From Terriglobia bacterium (lineage in GTDB: Bacteria; Acidobacteriota; Terriglobia; Terriglobales; Acidobacteriaceae), in assembly GCA_963760215.1 (NCBI GenBank), contig CAVXCJ010000002.1:3665920-3729919 (forward strand): a stretch of DNA of 64,000 nt, in the 5' to 3' direction. Numbering within the stretch: position 1 is the stretch's first letter; each line of letters begins with the position of its first letter. Shown in pieces: positions 17,835 through 27,174 of the stretch. The translations under genes and the position numbers were made by a program. The notes under the pieces are model-generated. The model was not told the origin of the DNA. It ran no database searches and saw only the letters and a program-made list of their open reading frames with translations.

Positions 17835-17915
17835 ACATGCTTATTGTGCCACGGATAAGCGCGGGACCGTGATTCCTTCTGTGCGGTCGCATACAATGCC
17901 GCGGGAGAGGACAAC

Positions 17916-18641
17916 GTGAACGACAAGCAACGGCTGCTGCTGATCAGCAATTCTACGCAGCACGGGCGCGGCTACCTGGAACACGCGGAAGAAGAGTTGC
18001 GGGATTTTCTGGGCGGAGTGAAGCGCGCCCTGTTCGTGCCGTACGCGCTGAAGGACCGCGACAGGTACGCGGAAATAGCGCGGGCCAAGTTCTCGCAGAT
18101 GGGCTTCGCGCTGGAATCGATTCATCGCGCGCCCGACCCGCGGAAGGCGGCGGAAAGCGCCGAGGCCATTTTCATCGGCGGCGGCAACACGTTTCGCCTG
18201 CTGAAGACGCTCTACGAATACGGGCTGCTGGAGCCGATTCGCCGCCGGGTGGAGGGCGGAATGCCTTACATCGGGTCAAGCGCGGGATCGGTGGTAGCGT
18301 GTCCGACGATTAAGACGACCAACGACATGCCCATTGTCGAACCCCCGAGCCTGACGGCGTTGGCGCTGGTGCCGTATCAGATCAACGCGCATTATGTCGA
18401 TCCCGACCCAAATTCAAAGCACATGGGCGAAACGCGCGAGGTGCGCTTGCGCGAATTTCACGAGGAGAATGAAACGCCGGTGGTCGGAATCCGCGAAGGT
18501 TCGATGCTGCGCGTGGAGAACGGCGCGACGACGCTGAAGGGAACCACGGGGGCGAAGATTTTTCGGCGCGGCGAGCAGCCGGTCGAGATCGCGCCGGGAA
18601 TGGTGGTGGACCCGTTTGTGGTCCAAGCGGCCAGGCGGTAA
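17916..18641 (+). CDS. pepE: Dipeptidase E (peptidase S51)
   Basis: 241 aa, GTG start preceded by GGGAGAGG. 'IFIGGGNTFRLLK' and nucleophile region 'YIGSSAGS'. Confidence 0.85.
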   Translation: MNDKQRLLLISNSTQHGRGYLEHAEEELRDFLGGVKRALFVPYALKDRDRYAEIARAKFSQMGFALESIHRAPDPRKAAESAEAIFIGGGNTFRLLKTLYEYGLLEPIRRRVEGGMPYIGSSAGSVVACPTIKTTNDMPIVEPPSLTALALVPYQINAHYVDPDPNSKHMGETREVRLREFHEENETPVVGIREGSMLRVENGATTLKGTTGAKIFRRGEQPVEIAPGMVVDPFVVQAARR

Positions 18642-18661
18642 GCGGCCGTTATTCGGTCGTG

Positions 18662-18677
18662 CCGTCCCTAGGGACGG
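18662..18677. repeat. Perfect 16-nt palindrome between convergent genes
   Basis: CCGTCCCTAGGGACGG. No U-tract on either strand. Confidence 0.7.
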
Positions 18678-18708
18678 GATCCGATCTGAGGCGCATAACG
18701 GAGGCGCA

Positions 18709-19143
18709 TTAGGTCTCTGCGTTTGTAAACACCACCCGGTCGCTGAGCAGGAAATTCAATAGGCAGCACGCTGTGATCGCGAGCAGATTGGCCGGGACCA
18801 CAGGGAAGCGCAGCTCGCCTACAAGCCAGCGCATCGCGAGCGCATTCCCGGCCAGCGACACTGCGCCGTTGGTCAGGTGGAAGCGCACCAGTCGCGCCAA
18901 CCATTCCGACCGCAAGGCGCCCGCGCGGTCGCGCCAGGTATAGCGCTCGTGCCAGACGAAATTGTGGAGGATGGCCGCTTCGACCGCGAGCACGGTTGCC
19001 AACAGGTAATCCACCCCGGCCCGGCGCAGCAGCTCGAGTATCCCGAGCTGCACCGCGAGCCCGATCGCACCCACGAGATTGAAGCGGAAGAAGCGGCGCG
19101 CAGTTGCGGGGGATTGTTCTCGACGGTTAGAGCAGACTCGCAT
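18709..19143 (-). CDS. GtrA-family membrane protein
   Basis: 144 aa from MRVCSNRR.... 'FFRFNLVGAIGLAVQLGILELL' and 'AAILHNFVWHERYTW' are typical of GtrA. The longer ORF start (19206) reads through hairpin repeats. Confidence 0.75.
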   Translation of the reverse strand: MRVCSNRREQSPATARRFFRFNLVGAIGLAVQLGILELLRRAGVDYLLATVLAVEAAILHNFVWHERYTWRDRAGALRSEWLARLVRFHLTNGAVSLAGNALAMRWLVGELRFPVVPANLLAITACCLLNFLLSDRVVFTNAET

Positions 19144-19172
19144 TTCGCGTAGCCCTCGACAAACTACCTCAG

Positions 19173-19224
19173 CGGCTAAAGCCGGAAGATTGTGACCCGC
19201 CATCACGCAGGCCTAAAGGCCTGC
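19173..19224. repeat. Two GC-stem tetraloop mini-hairpins
   Basis: CGGC-TAAA-GCCG (19173-19184) and GCAGGCC-TAAA-GGCCTGC (19207-19224). Same family as 35216-35358 and 54823-54888. Confidence 0.8.
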
Positions 19225-19281
19225 TCCACCCAATGCCAAAACCTGAATCACCTGCACACGCGAGGGCGCGGTGCCACAATA

Positions 19282-20043
19282 TCACCCCAGGCGCTCCTCG
19301 CGGTAAAGCTGCGCGATATGCCCGGCCGCGGAAACCAGCAGCATGATCGTCATCCCCGCGATTCCCACAACGCCGCCTAGGTCCAACAGGAGAAATCTTC
19401 CGCCGAGCACGTGCGCGTCGCCGCGGAAGTAAAGCGCAAGGTTGCCAATCGCCAGCGCGATGCGGATCTCCGTCGGGCCGAGCTTGCCGTAGGAGAGCTG
19501 GAATGTGCCGAGCGTGTAGGTGGCCAGGTAGACCTCGATGGAGAGCAGCAGAAACGCGATCAGCATTGCCATCGCGATCCAGGGATTGATGCAGCCCGAC
19601 ACGGCCAGCCCGCCCATCAGGAACAGGGCCCCGAAGCTATCGAGTAAGTGATCGACGTAAAAGCCGTAGCGCGGACGCTGGCAATTGCGGAGACGCGCGA
19701 GTGTGCCGTCCAGGCTGTCGCCGAACCAGTTCACGGCGAGAAAAAAAGTGGAGGCCAGCAGCCCCCAGGCATGCCAGCGCGCGACCGCATACGATGCCCC
19801 CGCCAGCAGTATGCCGAGCGAGCCCAGGACCGTGAGGTGGTCCGAGTTCACCCACGCCGGCAGTCGCACCGCCAGCCAGTTCAGCGCTTTCTTCTCCGCC
19901 GCCGCGGAGAAGCTTTCCTGAACCCGTTTTTCCTGTTGAAACCCGACCTGCGCCGCGCCTTTGGCCCGCATCCTTGTCACCGGGGCGCCGCCCATGTCCG
20001 AATACCAGTCATCGTAGGTTGTCATTGCCGCATCCTCCGTCAC
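19282..20043 (-). CDS. CDP-alcohol phosphatidyltransferase family protein
   Basis: 253 aa, multi-TM. 'GDSLDGTLARL...YVDHLLD' fits the D-x2-D-G-x2-A-R...D-x3-D motif. Confidence 0.85.
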   Translation of the reverse strand: MTEDAAMTTYDDWYSDMGGAPVTRMRAKGAAQVGFQQEKRVQESFSAAAEKKALNWLAVRLPAWVNSDHLTVLGSLGILLAGASYAVARWHAWGLLASTFFLAVNWFGDSLDGTLARLRNCQRPRYGFYVDHLLDSFGALFLMGGLAVSGCINPWIAMAMLIAFLLLSIEVYLATYTLGTFQLSYGKLGPTEIRIALAIGNLALYFRGDAHVLGGRFLLLDLGGVVGIAGMTIMLLVSAAGHIAQLYREERLG

Positions 20044-20160
20044 TCGGGCGGACTATGCGGCTGGGTCCGGATGACCGCAATGCAGGGCGGGTCAAATGCA
20101 GGTCAATTGCTAAGCCGCTCGGTACGTGTCACATACGCGCGCGCATCATCTGGCGCGAAA

Positions 20161-20307
20161 CATCCCCCTTCGGCTTCGCTCAGGGCAGGCTCTGTCTCGC
20201 CCCCTCGCTACGCTTCGGGGCAGGCTCCCCCGGGCGAGACAAGGGTGGGGCAACCGCAACTGCGGCTGAAACCCACATCTGCCAAAGGCGGGCAGATGTG
20301 GGGCACC
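20161..20307 (+). repeat. Composite repeat block (core + GGGTGGGGCAACC hairpin + CACATCTGCC hairpin)
   Basis: CCCTTCGGCTTCGCTCAGGGCAGGCTC (20166-20192) ... GGGCGAGACAAGGGTGGGGCAACC, then ACCCACATCTGCC-AAAGGCG-GGCAGATGTGGGGCACC (20271-20307). The last hairpin has a twin inside the CDS at 54037. Confidence 0.85.
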
Positions 20308-20431
20308 ATCAACCCCGAGCGTGCCGTGCCCCGCGTGACGACGCGCGAGTTGCCGTACCAGCCAGGGTTTCTGATAAATTGGTGCGCCCGGAGTCTAGCT
20401 CCGGCGGCCGGAATGAGGGTGGGGCTCATTC

Positions 20432-20554
20432 ATGTATCCGCACGCCTTCCGTTACGATCGCGCCGCTTCACTCCAGAAAGCCGCGTCCATGATTACCGAA
20501 CTGGGCGGTGACGCCAAGCTGCTCGCCGGCGGGCGGCGCCAGATCACCGGATGA
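20432..20554 (+). pseudogene. 40-codon N-terminal remnant of a CoxM/XdhB-type FAD-binding molybdopterin-dehydrogenase subunit
   Basis: MYPHAFRYDRAASLQKAASMITELGGDAKLLAGG resembles the N-terminus of medium (FAD) subunits up to the LLAGG motif. It then ends at a TGA that overlaps the panE ATG. Confidence 0.45.
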
Positions 20555-21501
20555 AAAAGGTTCTCATCGTCGGCTGTGGGGCCATCGGCTCGCTCTACGC
20601 CGCGCATCTGGCGCGCGTCGCCGAGGTGTGGGCGCTGGTCCGCCGGGACGACCACGCGCGTGTCTTGAACGAACGCGGAATTCGCGTCACCGGTCAGCGC
20701 AGCTTTGTCGCGCACGTCCACGCCACCGGCGATCCGCAACAACTCCCCGAATTCGACCTCGCCATCGTCGCCACCAAGGCCACGCACACGCGCCAGGCCT
20801 TCGCCCCGGTCGGAAAGTGCTGCGACCGCGCCGCCGTGATCTCCGCGCAGAACGGCCTCGGCAGCGAGGAAGTGCTGGCGGAACTCACCCGCGGATACGT
20901 CATCCGCGGCACAACGTTCATGAGCGCAACGCGCCACAGCGATTGCGACGTTGAACTCGAACTCGACCAGTACACATGGCTGGGGCCATTCGAGCCCTCG
21001 GGAACGCCGTTCGCGCTGGTGAAAGAAGTGGCGGACTTGATCGTCGCCGGCGGCCTCAAGGCAGTGGCGCTGGAAGATGCGCGCCCGGCGCAATGGTCGA
21101 AGCTGATCTTCAATGCCTCGGTCAATGCGGTTTCCGCGCTCACCCGTTTGCCGCATTCGCCCGAGTTTGCCGACGAGCGCTCGCCCGAGGCGCTCGGCCG
21201 CCTGCTTCACGAGCTGATCGATGAAGGCAGGCGCGTGGCGCAGGCGTGTGGCGTCGCGCTGCACGAAGATCCGTGGGAGATGAACAAGATCGGCGCGCAA
21301 ACCAATCACCCGACCTCCATGCTCTTCGATGTGGACCACGAGCTGCCGACCGAGGTGGATTATCTTTGCGGCGCCATCGCGCGCGAGGCGAAACGCGCCG
21401 GCGCCTCGGCTCCGCTGCACGCCGCGATGTGGCGATTGATCCGGGGCCTGGAAATTTCCTGGCAGCACGAGAAACGCAAGAAGGCTACGCAGAGGGCGTG
21501 A
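20551..21501 (+). CDS. panE: 2-dehydropantoate 2-reductase (ketopantoate reductase)
   Basis: 316 aa. Rossmann 'VLIVGCGAIGSLYA' and ApbA/PanE-like C-terminal domain. Confidence 0.8.
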   Translation: MKKVLIVGCGAIGSLYAAHLARVAEVWALVRRDDHARVLNERGIRVTGQRSFVAHVHATGDPQQLPEFDLAIVATKATHTRQAFAPVGKCCDRAAVISAQNGLGSEEVLAELTRGYVIRGTTFMSATRHSDCDVELELDQYTWLGPFEPSGTPFALVKEVADLIVAGGLKAVALEDARPAQWSKLIFNASVNAVSALTRLPHSPEFADERSPEALGRLLHELIDEGRRVAQACGVALHEDPWEMNKIGAQTNHPTSMLFDVDHELPTEVDYLCGAIAREAKRAGASAPLHAAMWRLIRGLEISWQHEKRKKATQRA

Positions 21502-21516
21502 AACGCAGGTCAGATC

Positions 21517-21583
21517 GACCGCGGATTTGCGCGGATTGACGCGGATAAGAAAATAATCCGCGAAGATCCGCGTTGATCCGCGG
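21517..21583. repeat. Periodic-arm hairpin: 3 x CGCGGAT modules and 3 x ATCCGCG modules, 10-nt period
   Basis: CCGCGGATttgCGCGGATtgaCGCGGAT-aagaaaata-ATCCGCGaagATCCGCGttgATCCGCGG. It fills the gap between the convergent stops at 21501 and 21584. Confidence 0.9.
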
Positions 21584-22783
21584 TTAGTCTTTTCCTACGG
21601 CGCGCGCCGCGACCAACGCATGATGAATCGTGCGGAACTCCTCGTCGGTGACCAGCCCGCGCTTGGCAATGGACTTCTTTTTCACTTCCGCGAGCAAGGC
21701 GGCGCGCTGTTCCGGCGCGATCTCCAGTTTCAGTTCGCGGCATTTCAAATCGATGGAATCCAGGCCGCTCTTCTTGCCGAGCACGATGCTGCGCGTCGCG
21801 CCCACCAGGTCGGCGGCGTAGGGCTCGATGGCTTCGGGAATGTGAAACTGAGTGGCCACCGCACCGCTCTCGCGATTGAAAAGATTATTTCCCACTGCCG
21901 GCTTCCACGGTTCCATCTGGTATCCCGAAAGCCGCTGCACCGTCTCGGAAGTTTCGCGCAGCTTGGGCAGATTCATCTCAACCGGCACGCCATACAGGCA
22001 GCTCAACGCCAGAGCGGTTTCGCCGAGGTCGCAATTCCCGGCGCGCTCGCCCATGCCGTTGATGGTGCCCTGCACCCAGGTGGCGCCGGCGCGCACTGCC
22101 GCCACCGAGCACGCCGTTCCGAAGCCGAAATCGTTGTGCCCGTGCCAGTGGATGGGCACGCTGTCGCCGACCCAGCGCTTCACCTCGGCGACCAGGAAGT
22201 CCACCGCTTCCGGCCCGCAAACTCCAATCGTGTCCACCACCACCAGCTCCGCCGCGCCCGCTTCCAGGGCGGCGAGGTAGATCTGCTGGAGAAATTCCAA
22301 GCCGGTGCGGGTGCAGTCCACAGGGAAGAACGCAACGCGAATGCCATTCTGCTTCGCCAGCGAGACGGCGTTGACCAAACGCTTCTGCGATTCTTCGCGC
22401 GTCAGGCCGTACGCCTTTAGCTTGATGTCGCTGGTCGGCACCTCAATGACAGTAGCTTTGACGCCGAGTTCCAGCAGCGCCTCGATGTCGGCTTTCTGGG
22501 CGCGCGAAAATCCCCAGATTTCCGCCTTCAGCCCGGCGCGCAAGATCAGCCGGATCGCCTCCGCGTCTTCCGGGCTGACGCGCGGAAAGCCGGCTTCGAT
22601 GCGCGAGATGCCGAGCACGTCCAGCTGGCGCGCGATTTCCAGCTTATGCTCGGGGCTGAGCACCACGCCGACCGTCTGCTCGCCGTCGCGCAGCGTGGTG
22701 TCGTAGAAACGAATCGGCTCGGCGACGTGGAACCGGCCGTGCTCATTCAGCTCGCTGACCCAGACTTTGTTGTTGTTCATCAC
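21584..22783 (-). CDS. HMGL-like aldolase (homocitrate / 2-isopropylmalate / citramalate synthase family)
   Basis: 399 aa. 'FYDTTLRDGEQ' and 'IHWHGHNDFGFG' motifs. No LeuA-type regulatory domain. Confidence 0.8.
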   Translation of the reverse strand: MMNNNKVWVSELNEHGRFHVAEPIRFYDTTLRDGEQTVGVVLSPEHKLEIARQLDVLGISRIEAGFPRVSPEDAEAIRLILRAGLKAEIWGFSRAQKADIEALLELGVKATVIEVPTSDIKLKAYGLTREESQKRLVNAVSLAKQNGIRVAFFPVDCTRTGLEFLQQIYLAALEAGAAELVVVDTIGVCGPEAVDFLVAEVKRWVGDSVPIHWHGHNDFGFGTACSVAAVRAGATWVQGTINGMGERAGNCDLGETALALSCLYGVPVEMNLPKLRETSETVQRLSGYQMEPWKPAVGNNLFNRESGAVATQFHIPEAIEPYAADLVGATRSIVLGKKSGLDSIDLKCRELKLEIAPEQRAALLAEVKKKSIAKRGLVTDEEFRTIHHALVAARAVGKD

Positions 22784-22908
22784 GCCGCCTCAAACAATTT
22801 ACGAATTGAAGCATTTGAACGCGCGGCAGTGTATGTGAAGCGGGAAGGCTTGTCCAACCCGCGTTTTGTTGCATCCGGCGCGGCGCGGCGCACATCTAGT
22901 GTGAACTT

Positions 22909-23616
22909 ATGACGCGCAATTCCTCTCTCGAATCGCAATTGACCGAAGTCCTGGGCCTGACCCGCCGGCCGGTGGCGGTCAGCTCGTCGCAGCAGCCGGG
23001 AATCCCGAAATTTTCCGGCAGCGTGCCCGCGGGCTGCAGCTTCTGGCGCCTGGCCGCCGAAGGCCGCTCGTTTTACACCGAAGCCGGCGACCACTACAAC
23101 TGCGCCATCGGTTGCTACACGCACAACATCCCGCTGCCGCCGGAGCGCGAGGCGGAGCTGGGCGCGACCGTCGCCTTCATGACCTCGATTGGCTACATCC
23201 GGCCGGAAGACATTCCCGGCATCGCGCGCCTGACGAACTCGCCAGGGTACATGGCGTATGCGCCGCTGGCCGACGCATCGTTCACGCCCGAGGTGGTGAT
23301 CCTGGTCGGCAAGCCGGGGAAGCTGATGCTGCTGCAGGAAGCCGCGGCGCGGGCCGGCGTGCAAACTCAGCCGTCGCTGCTCGCGCGTCCGACGTGCATG
23401 GCGATTCCGGCGGCGCTTGCGGGCGGCACGACCGCCTCCAGTGGGTGCGTGGGGAATCGCGTCTATACCGATCTTGCCGATGACGAGCTCTACATCATGG
23501 TTCCGGGCGCCGACCTGGAGAAGATCGCCGCCGAGCTGGACACCATCCTCGATGCCAACGCGAAGTTGAACGACTACCACCGCCAGCGCAAGGCGGAGCT
23601 GCTGAGCGTGAAATAG
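22909..23616 (+). CDS. DUF169-family protein
   Basis: 235 aa. 'GCSFWRLAAEG...GDHYNCAIGCYTHNI' resembles the DUF169 (COG2043) family. Confidence 0.6.
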   Translation: MTRNSSLESQLTEVLGLTRRPVAVSSSQQPGIPKFSGSVPAGCSFWRLAAEGRSFYTEAGDHYNCAIGCYTHNIPLPPEREAELGATVAFMTSIGYIRPEDIPGIARLTNSPGYMAYAPLADASFTPEVVILVGKPGKLMLLQEAAARAGVQTQPSLLARPTCMAIPAALAGGTTASSGCVGNRVYTDLADDELYIMVPGADLEKIAAELDTILDANAKLNDYHRQRKAELLSVK

Positions 23617-23637
23617 ACGTGTGCCACAAACGCATGG

Positions 23638-24640
23638 CTATTGAGAAATTCGCAGCACGCCTGCGCCCTCGATGCGGCTGTGCTTGAGCGCTTGCAACGC
23701 CTGGTTGGCCTGCTCGAGCGGGAATATCTGGACTGCGGTTTTGACCGGGAACTTCGGCCGCGATGCGCAGGCACTCGCGCACATCGTCGCGGGAGCTGTT
23801 GGCGGCCGAGCGCAACACACGTTCCTGGTACAGCAAGTCGTAATCCATGGCCGGAATCTGGCTCATGGTGATTCCCGCCAGCGCGACCGTCCCACCCTTG
23901 CGCACCGCGCGCAGCGCCTGGGGAACCAGCGTTCCTGCAGGCGCAAAAACGATCGCCGCATCCAACGGCGCCGGCAGGGTCTCTTCCGACGTTCCGACCC
24001 AGGCTGCGCCGAGCTTCTTCGCCAGTTCGCGATGCGCCGCGGTGCGGGTGAAGACCATGACCTCGCATCCGAGATGGTGCGCGATTTGCAGCACGATGTG
24101 CGCCGAACCGCCGAAACCATACATCCCGAGCCGCTCCCCGGGACGCACATTGCTCAGCCGAAACGAGCGGTAGCCGATCACTCCGGCGCACAACAGCGGC
24201 GCCGCATGCTCATCATCGAATTGCGCAGGGATGGAGTAGGCGAAATCCTCGCGCACGATGATTGCCTCGGCATAACCGCCATCAACGTGCAACCCGGTGA
24301 AGCGGCCGGTTTCGCACAGGTTCTCCTGGCCGCGTCGGCAGTACGGGCAATCTCCGTCGGTGGAATACAGCCAGGGCACGCCGACGCGATCACCCTCGCG
24401 GAAGAGCTTGACCTCGGGGCCGGCTGCATCCACCGTTCCCACAATCTGGTGCCCCGGAACCACGGGCAACTTCGGGAGCTTGAGATCGCCTTCGACGATG
24501 TGCAGGTCGGTCCGGCATACGCCGCAACAGCGCACGCGCAGGCGAATCTCCCCCGCGCGCGGTTCAGGCAGGGGCAGATGGCGCAGCTTGAGCGGGTTAT
24601 CCTCCGCCGGGCGGGGCTGGTCGAGCACCATGGCGCGCAT
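23638..24640 (-). pseudogene. Zn-dependent alcohol dehydrogenase with a +1 frameshift near its 3' end
   Basis: N-terminal 296 codons are intact ('GHQIVG', 'CPYCRRGQENLC', 'GFGGSAH'). After ...IAAEVP the homologous continuation VKTAVQIFPLEQANQALQALKHSRIEGAGVLRISQ* is in another frame. The shift is at about 23745-23749 (sense GTTCCCGGTCAAA). Span length 1003 nt = 3n+1. Confidence 0.8.
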
Positions 24641-24665
24641 GCGCGGAGTGTAACAAAGCAGGCGC

Positions 24666-24690
24666 CAGTCGTCAGTCGCCAGTCGTCAGC
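24666..24690 (+). repeat. Tandem heptamer array (AGTCGYC units)
   Basis: CAGTCGTCAGTCGCCAGTCGTCAGC, 26 nt upstream of the ADH start codon. Confidence 0.85.
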
Positions 24691-24805
24691 TACGGAAAGA
24701 GAGGTGGCTTGCGAGCGAAGCGCCCGCAGGAGCGGCGATCTCGCGAACGTTGGGGGCGGCCCAAGCGAGGCGCTGGGGCCTACTACCCCGTGAAAGAACA
24801 GCAGG

Positions 24806-24907
24806 TTCCCTTCGACTTCGCTCAGGGCAGGCTCTCGACTCGGACGCGCCGTGCGTGCGCGCAAACCCAGCGCGCACGCTTGTGGCGCGTCCTCGCTCGG
24901 AATGACA
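24806..24907 (+). repeat. Composite GC-rich repeat (core fused to TCGACTCGG...CTCGCTCGGAATGACA unit)
   Basis: TTCCCTTCGACTTCGCTCAGGGCAGGCTC-TCGACTCGGACGCG...CCTCGCTCGGAATGACA. Confidence 0.85.
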
Positions 24908-24921
24908 CAAGTTAAGGACTG

Positions 24922-26701
24922 TCAATGAATCGCGGACTGTGCCGAGCCGCGAGCCTTTTCCGCCAGCCAGGCATTCACGTTCTGCTCCAGCACATCGAGC
25001 GGAAGAGCGCCATTGCGCAGTACGACTTCGTGGAATTCCTTGAGGTCGAATTGCGGTCCGAGCTGGCGGCGGGCGCGCTCCCGCAATTCCCGGATTTTCA
25101 TCTGGCCGATCTTGTAGCCGAGCGCCTGTCCGGGCCAGGCGATGTAGCGGTCAATCTCGTTGACGATGTCGAGCTCCGCCTTGGGCGCGTTCTGCATGAA
25201 ATAGTCGATCGCCTGCTGGCGCGTCCAGTGCATGGAATGCATGCCGGTATCCACCACCAGGCGCACGGCGCGCCACATTTCATACGTCAGTTGGCCGAAT
25301 TTCGAGTATGGATCGGTGTACAAGCCCATGTCATCGCCGAGCGACTCGGCGTAGAGTCCCCAGCCTTCGACGAAGGCGCCGTAGCCGCCGTAGCGCCGGA
25401 ATTTGGGCTGCTCGCTGGCTTCGTAAGCGAGCGCAATCTGCAAGTGATGACCGGGAACTGCCTCGTGCAAGCGTAAGCGCCATCATCTCCCACTTGGGCC
25501 GCGTCTCCGGCTTGTAGAGATTGACGAAAAACGTGCCCGGACGCGAGCCGTCGGCGCTGAGCTGGCGGTAGTACGCGGTGGTGGTGTCGGGGGCGGAGAT
25601 TTCCGGGATCGGTTCAACGCCATAGGGCGCGCGCGGCAATGTGCGAAAGACCTTCACCAGGTTGGGATCAATGGTCTTGGCCAGCGCCTTGTAGGCTTCC
25701 AGGAGTTCGTCCGGGTTCTTATAGAAGAAGCGCGGATCGCTGCGCAGGAACTGAAAAAATTCCGCCATCGAACCCTTGAAACCGGCTTTTTCCTTAATGG
25801 CCTCCATTTCGCCGCGGATGCGCTTCACCTCGTCCAGGCCCATCTGGTGCACCTGCTGCGGCGTCAGGTCGGTGGTGGTGTATTCGCGCACGAAGTAGGC
25901 GTACATCTCGCCGCCGTGCGGGAGTTGCCAGATGCCGACCTGGTCGAAGCATGCAGGCAGGTAATTCTTCACAAAGAAATCGTGGAAGCGCTGGAACGAC
26001 GGGACAAGTTGCTCGCGAATCGCTTTTTGAGCCGCGGCAGCGAGGCGCTGGCGGTCTGCTTCGGCGATGGAAGCGGGAAAATTCCGGAACGGCTTGTAGA
26101 AAGCGCTCGCCTGCGGGTCCTGCACGATCTGCTTGGCGATCTGGGCCGGGACGCGCTCCATGATCACCTTGGGCAGCACGATGCGTTCGCGAATTCCCTG
26201 GCGCATCAGCGCGATGGTCTGGTCCATGTGCTCGGGAAAGCGCTGCAGGCGGGCGATCCAGTCTTCGTAATCCTTGACGGTGGTGAAGCGCAGGGCGTCG
26301 CCGAGTTCGTTGGCGGTCTGGATGCCGCCGCGCTGGTTCAGCGGAACCAGGTACCAATGAAACCTGTGGCCCTGGGCGGAAAGCTCGTGCTGGCGATGGA
26401 AGAGGTCATAGTTGATCTGGTCCGGGGGCGAGAGGCGCGCGCGATCCACGCGCTTGATCTCGTCCAGCACGGCGAGCGTGTGCTGGTAGCGCGCTTCGAT
26501 GGCGGTGAGGCTATCGTCTGCCCAGCGATCGTTCCAGCGGCGGTCGCCCAGCGACGAAGCGCGCGTCGGATGCTGCTGCATCTGGTAGTCCCATTCGCGG
26601 TCGAACAGCGCGTGCAGGGAGTGCGTGGCGTCGCTGGCCGGTGTTTGCGCAGCCAGCGGGGCAGCGGAAATCAAAAGCAGGAACCAGAGCAGATGTCGCA
26701 T
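24922..26701 (-). pseudogene. DUF885-family secreted protein with a +1 frameshift
   Basis: Signal peptide MRHLLWFLLLISAAPLAAQ. The frame breaks after ...KWEMMALTL, and the conserved 'HEAVPGHHLQ' motif plus the remaining 180 aa continue in another frame. The extra base is at about 25468 (sense ACGCTT-G-CACGAG). Span 1780 nt = 3n+1. Confidence 0.8.
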
Positions 26702-26746
26702 GGCGCGGAAGGATAGCAGAGTTTCGCGGCCGCAAAGCGCACCGGT

Positions 26747-27142
26747 TTAGCCGGGGAGTTTGATGTTCTTGAAACGCCGGAAGCCTTCCTCGGTCAGCTT
26801 CTTCAGTTCGGCAAAGAGCGCCGCGTCGGGAGCGGTGAAGTTGAAGCAGGTTTTGCCCTGCATCCGTTTCTTCAGCGCGGGCGAGATGGAGGCGGTCATC
26901 TCCGGACAGGTGTAGAGCGGGAAGAGATGAAAGCTGACGTAGGCCTTGCCGGTGCGCACGGCGGCGAACATGATGGCGCGGCCCCGATAAGGCTTGTCGT
27001 GGGTTTCAAGGTAGTAGTAGCCGGACTTGTCGTGCGCGACGTGAAGTTTTTCGCCATACGGCTCGAGGATGGCCTTGAGTTGGCGGAAGCTGGCAGCGAA
27101 ATCGGCAGCGGGAGCGCGGCGGGCGGCGGGGGCTTTGGGCAT
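26747..27142 (-). CDS. Small conserved hypothetical protein (DUF1801/YdhG-like)
   Basis: 131-aa ORF with coding-like composition. The family assignment is from memory of similar sequences only. Confidence 0.5.
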   Translation of the reverse strand: MPKAPAARRAPAADFAASFRQLKAILEPYGEKLHVAHDKSGYYYLETHDKPYRGRAIMFAAVRTGKAYVSFHLFPLYTCPEMTASISPALKKRMQGKTCFNFTAPDAALFAELKKLTEEGFRRFKNIKLPG

Positions 27143-27174
27143 GGTCGGCCTCGGTGAAATCGGGCGATTCTAGC

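Noticed and set aside
19648-20511. 287-aa ORF spanning the 20044-20431 intergenic region (also 20208-20429 on the - strand)
   Set aside because: The translation is made of repeat-derived peptides (...SLRAGS..GETRVGQPQLRLKPTSAKGGQMWGT...) and partly overlaps the CDP-alcohol transferase gene in antisense.
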